Shown here: positions 56,345 to 64,000 of the stretch, piece after piece
How the letters are laid out: each line of letters opens with the position of its first letter
Position numbering within the stretch: the first letter of the stretch is position 1
Assembly: GCF_041886205.1 (NCBI RefSeq)
Contig: NZ_CP169029.1
DNA length: 64,000 nucleotides
DNA from: Escherichia coli
GTDB lineage: Bacteria; Pseudomonadota; Gammaproteobacteria; Enterobacterales; Enterobacteriaceae
Reading direction: 5' to 3' (one strand)
Translations under genes and position numbers: made by a program
The notes under the pieces: generated by a model
Seen by the model: only the letters and a program-made list of their open reading frames with translations
Told to the model about the DNA's origin: nothing
The model's database searches: none

Positions 56345-57668
56345 ACCTGCGCATTTATTATTGGTCGATGACGATCCGGGATTGCTGAAACTGCTTGGCC
56401 TGCGCCTGACCAGCGAAGGCTACAGTGTGGTCACGGCGGAAAGTGGCGCTGAAGGATTACGGGTACTGAATCGCGAAAAAGTAGATTTAGTTATCAGCGA
56501 CCTGCGGATGGATGAAATGGACGGTATGCAGCTATTTGCTGAAATCCAGAAAGTGCAGCCGGGAATGCCAGTAATTATTCTTACTGCGCATGGTTCTATC
56601 CCCGATGCCGTTGCTGCAACACAGCAGGGCGTTTTTAGTTTCCTCACCAAGCCTGTCGATAAAGATGCGCTATATCAGGCAATTGACGATGCGCTGGAGC
56701 AATCCGCGCCAGCCACCGATGAACGCTGGCGCGAGGCAATTGTCACCCGCAGCCCGCTGATGCTGCGTTTGCTGGAACAGGCGCGGCTGGTGGCGCAATC
56801 AGACGTCAGCGTTTTGATTAACGGCCAGAGCGGCACCGGGAAAGAGATTTTCGCCCAGGCTATCCACAACGCCAGCCCGCGCAATAGCAAACCATTTATT
56901 GCTATTAACTGTGGTGCATTGCCTGAGCAATTGCTGGAGTCGGAGCTGTTTGGTCATGCGCGTGGCGCGTTTACTGGCGCTGTCAGCAATCGCGAAGGTT
57001 TATTCCAGGCGGCGGAAGGCGGAACGCTATTTCTCGATGAGATTGGCGATATGCCTGCGCCGTTGCAGGTCAAACTGCTGCGCGTGTTGCAGGAGCGTAA
57101 AGTGCGCCCGCTGGGCAGTAACCGCGATATGGATATCAATGTGCGGATTATTTCTGCCACTCACCGTGATCTGCCAAAAGCGATGGCGCGCGGGGAATTC
57201 CGCGAAGATCTCTATTACCGTCTCAACGTTGTCAGCCTGAAAATTCCGGCACTGGCGGAGCGCACAGAAGACATTCCGCTACTGGCAAATCACCTGTTGC
57301 GCCAGGCGGCAGAGCGACATAAACCGTTTGTCCGCGCGTTCTCTACCGATGCGATGAAACGCCTGATGACCGCGAGCTGGCCGGGTAATGTGCGCCAGTT
57401 GGTCAACGTGATTGAACAGTGCGTGGCGCTGACCTCATCTCCGGTGATTAGTGATGCGCTGGTGGAGCAGGCGCTGGAGGGTGAAAATACGGCGCTGCCA
57501 ACCTTTGTTGAGGCACGTAATCAGTTTGAACTCAACTATCTGCGTAAGCTGCTGCAAATCACCAAAGGCAACGTCACCCACGCGGCGAGAATGGCGGGGC
57601 GCAACCGGACAGAATTTTATAAACTGCTTTCCCGACACGAGCTGGATGCAAACGATTTCAAGGAATGA
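56334..57668 (+). CDS. glrR: Sigma-54-dependent response regulator GlrR (QseF/YfhA)
   Basis: 444-aa product [18 protein letters not shown]...; receiver domain, AAA+ sigma-54 interaction domain (GESGTGKE, GAFTGA) and C-terminal HTH; 11-nt overlap with preceding gene. Confidence 0.92.
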
Positions 57669-57692
57669 ATTGGCGTTATGTGTTACGTTTAG

Positions 57693-58067
<375 letters not shown>

Positions 58068-58078
58068 ACCGCGTCAAG

Positions 58079-58104
58079 GGTTGCCGGATGTTTCCATCCG
58101 GCAA
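58079..58104. terminator. Hairpin terminator between convergent glnB and hmp
   Basis: gttgccggatg tttc catccggcaac perfect inverted repeat. Confidence 0.6.
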
Positions 58105-58111
58105 CATCAAA

Positions 58112-59302
58112 TCACAGCACCTTATGCGGGCCAAAGCATTCGTAATGAATGTTTTCCTGCTTCACGCCCAGATCCACTAACTGTTTCGCGGCAAACTGCA
58201 TGAAGCCAACCGGGCCGCAGAGATAGAACTGCATTGTCGGATCGCTGAACGCACCTTCCAGTTTGCTCAAATCCATCAGACCTTCGCTATCAAACTGACC
58301 TTTAGCGCGATCGGCTTCGCTCGGCTGACGATACCAGGTGTGCGCGGTAAAGCGCGGCAGTGACTGCCCCAGTTCCTTAACTTCATCGGCAAAGGCGTGA
58401 ACATCGCCATTTTCTGCCGCATGGAACCAGTTCACTTGTGCTGTGTGGCCTGCTTTTGCCAGCGTGTCGAGCATTGCCAGCATTGGCGTTTGACCAACAC
58501 CGGCAGAGATTAACGTCACTGGTGTGTCATCTGCGACAGCCATAAAGAAATCACCTGCCGGAGCGGCCAGTTTCACGACATCGCCAACATTGGCGTGATT
58601 GTGCAACCAGTTGGATACCTGCCCACCCTCTTCGCGTTTCACCGCAATACGATAGCCTTTGCCATCCGGTTTGCGAGTCAAAGAGTACTGACGAATTTCC
58701 TGATGCGGGAAACCTTCCGGCTTCAGCCAGACGCCGAGATATTGCCCCGGACGGTATTCTGCCACTGCACCACCGTCGACCGGCTCCAGTTCGAAGCTGG
58801 TGATAAGCGCGCTGCGCGGTGTTTTAGCCACAATGCGGAAATCGCGAGTACCTTCCCAACCACCGGCTTTGCTGGCGTTTTCGTTATAGATTTCCGCCTC
58901 GCGATTGATAAATACATTAGCCAGTACACCATAGGCTTTACCCCACGCGTCCAGCACTTCCTGCCCCGGGCTGAACATTTCGTCCAGCGTTGCCAACAGG
59001 TGTTCACCGACGATGTTGTACTGTTCCGGTTTGATCTGGAAACTGGTGTGCTTCTGCGCGATTTTTTCTACCGCTGGCAGCAGCGCAGGCAGGTTTTCAA
59101 TATTACTGGCGTAGGCGGCAATAGCGTTAAACAGGGCTTCACGTTGATCGCCATTACGCTGGTTACTCATGTTAAAAATTTCTTTGAGTTCTGGGTTATG
59201 AGTAAACATACGGTCGTAGAAATGGGCGGTTAACTTTGGCCCTGTTTCTACCAGTAAAGGGATGGTGGCTTTTACTGTAGCGATGGTTTGAGCGTCAAGC
59301 AT
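58112..59302 (-). CDS. hmp: Flavohemoglobin (nitric oxide dioxygenase)
   Basis: 396-aa [20 protein letters not shown]...; globin domain plus FAD/NAD reductase domain. Confidence 0.95.
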   Translation of the reverse strand: MLDAQTIATVKATIPLLVETGPKLTAHFYDRMFTHNPELKEIFNMSNQRNGDQREALFNAIAAYASNIENLPALLPAVEKIAQKHTSFQIKPEQYNIVGEHLLATLDEMFSPGQEVLDAWGKAYGVLANVFINREAEIYNENASKAGGWEGTRDFRIVAKTPRSALITSFELEPVDGGAVAEYRPGQYLGVWLKPEGFPHQEIRQYSLTRKPDGKGYRIAVKREEGGQVSNWLHNHANVGDVVKLAAPAGDFFMAVADDTPVTLISAGVGQTPMLAMLDTLAKAGHTAQVNWFHAAENGDVHAFADEVKELGQSLPRFTAHTWYRQPSEADRAKGQFDSEGLMDLSKLEGAFSDPTMQFYLCGPVGFMQFAAKQLVDLGVKQENIHYECFGPHKVL

Positions 59303-59321
59303 ATGGTCTTCCTTTTTTTTG

Positions 59322-59352
59322 CATCTTAATTGATGTATCTCAAATGCATCTT
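59322..59352. promoter_or_regulatory. NsrR-type operator overlapping the hmp promoter
   Basis: gcatcttaattgatgtatctcaaatgcatctt, AT-rich imperfect palindrome aagatgcatttgagatacatc on the hmp strand. Confidence 0.5.
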
Positions 59353-59630
59353 ATAAAAAATAGCCCTGCAATGTAAATGGTTCTTTGGTGTTTTTCAGAA
59401 AGAATGTGATGAAGTGAAAAATTTGCATCACAAACCTGAAAAGAAATCCGTTTCCGGTTGCAAGCTCTTTATTCTCCAAAGCCTTGCGTAGCCTGAAGGT
59501 AATCGTTTGCGTAAATTCCTTTGTCAAGACCTGTTATCGCACAATGATTCGGTTATACTGTTCGCCGTTGTCCAACAGGACCGCCTATAAAGGCCAAAAA
59601 TTTTATTGTTAGCTGAGTCAGGAGATGCGG

Positions 59631-60884
59631 ATGTTAAAGCGTGAAATGAACATTGCCGATTATGATGCCGAACTGTGGCAGGCTATAGAGCAGGAAAAAG
59701 TACGTCAGGAAGAGCACATCGAACTGATCGCCTCCGAAAACTACACCAGCCCGCGCGTAATGCAGGCGCAGGGTTCTCAGCTGACCAACAAATATGCTGA
59801 AGGTTATCCGGGCAAACGCTACTACGGCGGTTGCGAGTATGTTGATATCGTTGAACAACTGGCGATCGATCGTGCGAAAGAACTGTTCGGCGCTGACTAC
59901 GCTAACGTCCAGCCGCACTCCGGCTCCCAGGCTAACTTTGCGGTCTACACCGCGCTGCTGGAACCAGGTGATACCGTTCTGGGTATGAACCTGGCGCATG
60001 GCGGTCACCTGACTCACGGTTCTCCGGTTAACTTCTCCGGTAAACTGTACAACATCGTTCCTTACGGTATCGATGCTACCGGTCATATCGACTACGCCGA
60101 TCTGGAAAAACAAGCCAAAGAACACAAGCCGAAAATGATTATCGGTGGTTTCTCTGCATATTCCGGCGTGGTGGACTGGGCGAAAATGCGTGAAATCGCT
60201 GACAGCATCGGTGCTTACCTGTTCGTTGATATGGCGCACGTTGCGGGCCTGGTTGCTGCTGGCGTCTACCCGAACCCGGTTCCTCATGCTCACGTTGTTA
60301 CTACCACCACTCACAAAACCCTGGCGGGTCCGCGCGGCGGCCTGATCCTGGCGAAAGGTGGTAGCGAAGAGCTGTACAAAAAACTGAACTCTGCCGTTTT
60401 CCCTGGTGGTCAGGGCGGTCCGTTGATGCACGTAATCGCCGGTAAAGCGGTTGCTCTGAAAGAAGCGATGGAGCCTGAGTTCAAAACTTACCAGCAGCAG
60501 GTCGCGAAAAACGCTAAAGCGATGGTAGAAGTGTTCCTCGAGCGCGGCTACAAAGTGGTTTCCGGCGGCACTGATAACCACCTGTTCCTGGTTGATCTGG
60601 TTGATAAAAACCTGACCGGTAAAGAAGCAGACGCCGCTCTGGGCCGTGCTAACATCACCGTCAACAAAAACAGCGTACCGAACGATCCGAAGAGCCCGTT
60701 TGTGACCTCCGGTATTCGCGTGGGTACTCCGGCGATTACGCGTCGCGGCTTCAAAGAAGCAGAAGCGAAAGAACTGGCTGGCTGGATGTGTGACGTGCTG
60801 GACAGCATCAATGATGAAGCCGTTATCGAGCGCATCAAAGGTAAAGTTCTCGACATCTGCGCACGTTTCCCGGTTTACGCATAA
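59631..60884 (+). CDS. glyA: Serine hydroxymethyltransferase
   Basis: 417-aa product [18 protein letters not shown]...; PLP-binding [13 protein letters not shown] motif. Confidence 0.96.
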   Translation: MLKREMNIADYDAELWQAIEQEKVRQEEHIELIASENYTSPRVMQAQGSQLTNKYAEGYPGKRYYGGCEYVDIVEQLAIDRAKELFGADYANVQPHSGSQANFAVYTALLEPGDTVLGMNLAHGGHLTHGSPVNFSGKLYNIVPYGIDATGHIDYADLEKQAKEHKPKMIIGGFSAYSGVVDWAKMREIADSIGAYLFVDMAHVAGLVAAGVYPNPVPHAHVVTTTTHKTLAGPRGGLILAKGGSEELYKKLNSAVFPGGQGGPLMHVIAGKAVALKEAMEPEFKTYQQQVAKNAKAMVEVFLERGYKVVSGGTDNHLFLVDLVDKNLTGKEADAALGRANITVNKNSVPNDPKSPFVTSGIRVGTPAITRRGFKEAEAKELAGWMCDVLDSINDEAVIERIKGKVLDICARFPVYA

Positions 60885-60908
60885 GCGAAACGGTTAATCT
60901 GTTGAAAA

Positions 60909-60930
60909 AAGGCTTCCTTCGGGAAGCCTT
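60909..60930. terminator. Bidirectional hairpin terminator between convergent glyA and yphH
   Basis: aaggcttccttcgggaagcctt flanked by an A-run upstream and tttc downstream. Confidence 0.65.
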
Positions 60931-60947
60931 TCTACGTTATCGCGCCA

Positions 60948-62147
60948 TCAAATCTGTCGTAACTGCGCCTCAACATACAAATAGCCAATTCCCAGCACCT
61001 GTTGTGCGCGGCTTAATTGCCCGAAGCCAATTTGCGTCGCTTTCACGCTCGGTCCTTCGTCGCGGTCGAACGGGTTAAATCCTGTCTGGCGAATAATAGT
61101 ATTAAGCCAGTTCTCACCAAAGGCACAACTGCGACCGTACAACCAAATCTGATTAATATTGAGGATGTTGAGGAAGTTATACAGACTCAAACCAATGGCA
61201 TTGGCAGAGCGATCAACCCAGCTGGTGATCCACGGTTCTCCACTCTGCCAGGCAGCGATTAACTGCGCGGTTGTCAGTTTTTCAGGATCAAGCTGAGTAT
61301 TAACCGGTTGTGATTTTAGCCATACCCGCGCCTGTTTTTTTAATGCACTTAACGAGGCGACGGTTTCCAGGCAGCCGTAACGTCCACAGTCGCAGACGAC
61401 GCCATCCGGATTAACGATGGTGTGACCAATCTGTCCGCTACCATACAAACTGCCGCGATAAATTTGCTCGTTAATCACGAACGACGAGCCAATGCCGTAA
61501 TCAACGTTGATCACGCAGAAATCCCGTTCCTGCGAATTATTTTGCCATTTCTCCGCCAGCGCCAGCATCACGCAGTCATTATCGACCATCACCCGAATGC
61601 CCAGCTTCTCTTCCAGCAGATACTTCACCTCAACCGGCGTTGTCCACGGCGCTTGCGGCATGGTTTGCGATACGCCGGTCACCGGATCAACCTGCCCGTG
61701 GATTGCCAGCGCCAGATTGATGGTGCGGCCCGGCCACAGTTTGCGATGACGATGCCAGCATTTTTCGATTTCGGACAGCAGCGCCTGCGGCGTCGGTGCA
61801 TCAATCTGTAAATACTCAAATTCACCTTTCGGACTTAAACAAGCATTAGCAACCTGACACTCAATACTGGTGGGCGTCACGTTCAGGCACAGCGTCCAGT
61901 CACCTTCCGGCGCAATCAGCCATGTACCGCTACTATGCCCGCGCGTCTGGCTTTCATCGTCAATATTCACCACCCGTTTTTCGCTTTCCAGTTCCTGCAA
62001 AATATTACTGACTGCCGGAATCGAAATTTGCGCCAGCCGGGCCAGCGTTGATTTATTGGCGCGCTTTTGCCGGTACAGCAGTTCCAGAATCACGCATTTG
62101 TTATGGTGGCGAATCTGTTGATTATTAATGCAGGCTCTCATCTTCAC
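60948..62147 (-). CDS. yphH: ROK/NagC-family transcriptional regulator YphH
   Basis: 399-aa ORF with N-terminal HTH and ROK sugar-kinase-like fold with Cys/His zinc motif (CDCGRYGCLE). Confidence 0.85.
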   Translation of the reverse strand: MKMRACINNQQIRHHNKCVILELLYRQKRANKSTLARLAQISIPAVSNILQELESEKRVVNIDDESQTRGHSSGTWLIAPEGDWTLCLNVTPTSIECQVANACLSPKGEFEYLQIDAPTPQALLSEIEKCWHRHRKLWPGRTINLALAIHGQVDPVTGVSQTMPQAPWTTPVEVKYLLEEKLGIRVMVDNDCVMLALAEKWQNNSQERDFCVINVDYGIGSSFVINEQIYRGSLYGSGQIGHTIVNPDGVVCDCGRYGCLETVASLSALKKQARVWLKSQPVNTQLDPEKLTTAQLIAAWQSGEPWITSWVDRSANAIGLSLYNFLNILNINQIWLYGRSCAFGENWLNTIIRQTGFNPFDRDEGPSVKATQIGFGQLSRAQQVLGIGYLYVEAQLRQI

Positions 62148-62258
62148 TAAACCTTGTTTAGTTAATTGCGTGATTATTCCGCGAAAACATTGCCAGATTG
62201 TTCAATACACTGCCACAAATCTTTTAATTCAGTATGTCTTGTTAATATTGAGGGCACC

Positions 62259-63031
62259 ATGACTCCAGTAAAAGTGTGGCAAGAGCGCGTTGAGATCCCG
62301 ACCTATGAAACCGGGCCGCAGGATATACATCCCATGTTCCTGGAAAATCGCGTTTATCAGGGATCGTCCGGCGCGGTTTATCCCTACGGCGTGACCGATA
62401 CGCTGAGCGAGCAGAAAACCCTGAAATCCTGGCAGGCGGTGTGGCTGGAAAACGACTACATCAAAGTGATGATCCTGCCGGAACTGGGCGGTCGGGTGCA
62501 TCGCGCGTGGGATAAAGTGAAACAGCGCGATTTTGTTTATCACAATGAAGTCATTAAACCTGCGCTGGTGGGGCTGCTGGGGCCGTGGATTTCCGGTGGG
62601 ATTGAGTTTAACTGGCCGCAACATCATCGCCCGACCACCTTTATGCCCGTTGATTTCACCCTCGAAGCCCATGAAGACGGTGCACAGACGGTGTGGGTAG
62701 GCGAAACGGAGCCGATGCATGGTTTACAGGTGATGACAGGTTTCACCCTGCGCCCTGACCGGGCGGCGCTGGAAATCGCCAGCCGCGTCTATAACGGGAA
62801 CGCCACGCCGCGTCATTTCTTGTGGTGGGCCAACCCGGCAGTGAAAGGGGGGGAAGGGCATCAGAGCGTCTTCCCGCCGGATGTAACGGCGGTTTTTGAT
62901 CACGGCAAACGGGCCGTCTCCGCTTTCCCCATCGCTACCGGCACTTACTACAAAGTGGACTACTCCGCTGGAGTGGACATTTCTCGCTATAAAAATGTGC
63001 CTGTTCCAACCTCATATATGGCCGAAAAATC
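62259..63031 (+). pseudogene. yphG: 5' portion of yphG (DUF5107-type large protein) interrupted by the IS1 insertion
   Basis: Reading frame MTPVKVWQERVEIPTYETGP... runs into the IS1 end at 63032 and terminates just inside it. Confidence 0.8.
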
Positions 63032-63046
63032 GGTAATGACTCCAAC

Positions 63047-63550
63047 TTATTGATAGTGTTTTATGTTCAGATAATGCCCGATAACTTTGTCATGCAGCTC
63101 CACCGATTTTGAGAACGACAGTGACTTCCTGCCCAGCCTTGCCAGATGCTGCCTCAGATTCAGGTTATGCCGCTCAATGCGCTGCGTATATCGCTTGCTG
63201 ATAACGTGCAGTTCTCCCTTCAGGCGTGATTCATAAAGCGGCCAGCCATCCGTCATCCATACCACGACCTCAAAGGCCGACAGCAGGCCCAGAAGACGCT
63301 CCAGCGTCGCCATAGTGCGTTCACCGAATACGTGCGCAACAACCGTCTTCCGGAGCCTGTCATACGCGTAAAACAGCCAGCGCTGGCGCGATTTAGCCCC
63401 GACATAGCCCCACTGTTCGTCCATTTCCGCGCAGACGATGACGTCACTGCCCGGCTGTATGCGCGAGGTTACCGACTGCGGCCTGAGTTTTTTAAGTGAC
63501 GTAAAATCGTGTTGAGGCCAACGCCCATAATGCGGGCAGTTGCCCGGCAT
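63047..63550 (-). CDS. insB: IS1 InsB reading frame (expressed as the InsAB' transposase by -1 frameshift at the A6C slippery site)
   Basis: 167-aa ORF recognised as InsB; A-run slippery motif lies in the insA/insB overlap (plus-strand gagttttttaag). Confidence 0.9.
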
Positions 63551-63744
63551 CCAACGCCATTCATGGCCATATCAATGATTTTCTGGTGCGTACCGGGTTG
63601 AGAAGCGGTGTAAGTGAACTGCAGTTGCCATGTTTTACGGCAGTGAGAGCAGAGATAGCGCTGATGTCCGGCGGTGCTTTTGCCGTTACGTACCACCCCG
63701 TCAGTAGCTGAACAGGAGGGACAGCTGATAGAAACAGAAGCCAC
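63469..63744 (-). CDS. insA: IS1 protein InsA
   Basis: 91-aa [33 protein letters not shown]... recognised as InsA. Confidence 0.93.
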
Positions 63745-63799
63745 TGGAGCACCTCAAAAACACCATCATACACTAAATCAGTAAGTTGGCAGCATCACC

Positions 63800-64000
63800 G
63801 AAAAATCGCAGTACGATTTTGTCGGCGCGTGGTGTCACGATGAAGATGGCGGTTTGCTGCACGTTGCCAACCACCATATTGCGCCAGGTAAAAAACAGTG
63901 GAGTTGGGGACACAGTGAATTTGGCCAGGCGTGGGATAAGAGTCTGACCGACAATAACGGCCCGTATATCGAACTGATGACCGGTATTTTTGCCGATAAC
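63800..64000 (+). pseudogene. yphG: Continuation of yphG downstream of the IS1 insertion (runs off the window)
   Basis: With IS1 and one copy of the duplication removed, the frame continues ...MAEKSQYDFVGAWCHDEDGG... without stops. Confidence 0.75.

Larger units (their letters stand above)
63032..63799 (-). mobile_element. Complete IS1 insertion sequence (768 bp) with terminal inverted repeats, flanked by a 9-bp direct target duplication GAAAAATCG (one-base boundary ambiguity)
   Basis: Ends ggtaatgactccaacttattgat (63032..63054) and ...atcagtaagttggcagcatcacc (63777..63799); internal insA and insB; direct repeats at 63024..63032 or 63023..63031 and 63800..63808. Confidence 0.95.

Noticed and set aside
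59634-60581. 315-aa minus-strand ORF antisense to glyA
   Set aside because: Fully embedded antisense to glyA, no RBS, composition typical of a shadow ORF.
63023-63808. Apparent mismatch between the 9 bp flanking IS1 on the left (cgaaaaatc) and right (gaaaaatcg)
   Set aside because: Not a true imperfect duplication: the terminal G of the IS1 end is ambiguous, and shifting the boundary by one base gives identical 9-bp repeats GAAAAATCG, the size expected for IS1.

Overview
This window is a contiguous stretch of Escherichia coli (or Shigella) core chromosome around the rrnG ribosomal RNA operon, read in the opposite orientation to the K-12 reference; I found no candidate for a previously undescribed system. 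Gene order runs trmD(partial)-rplS, yfiB-dgcN-yfiR, yfiL, aroF-tyrA, pheA-pheL, raiA, bamD, rluD-yfiH, clpB, rrsG-gltW-rrlG-rrfG, kgtP, yfiM, pssA, patZ, yfiP, trxC, yfiF, ung, grcA, eamB, yfiE, srmB, trmN6, nadB, rpoE-rseABC, lepA-lepB, rnc-era-recO-pdxJ-acpS, shoB, yfhL, yfhH, pgpC, tadA, mltF, purL, glmY, glrK-glrP-glrR, glnB, hmp, glyA, yphH, yphG. The only clear departure from a plain core-genome layout is a complete 768-bp IS1 element inserted into yphG near the 3' edge. Everything else seen in the sequence is explained by known genes, small RNAs, leader peptides and regulatory sites. Gene names and products are assigned from recognition of the translated ORFs and hallmark motifs, not from any database search; coordinates of regulatory sites are from direct reading and are approximate to a few bases.
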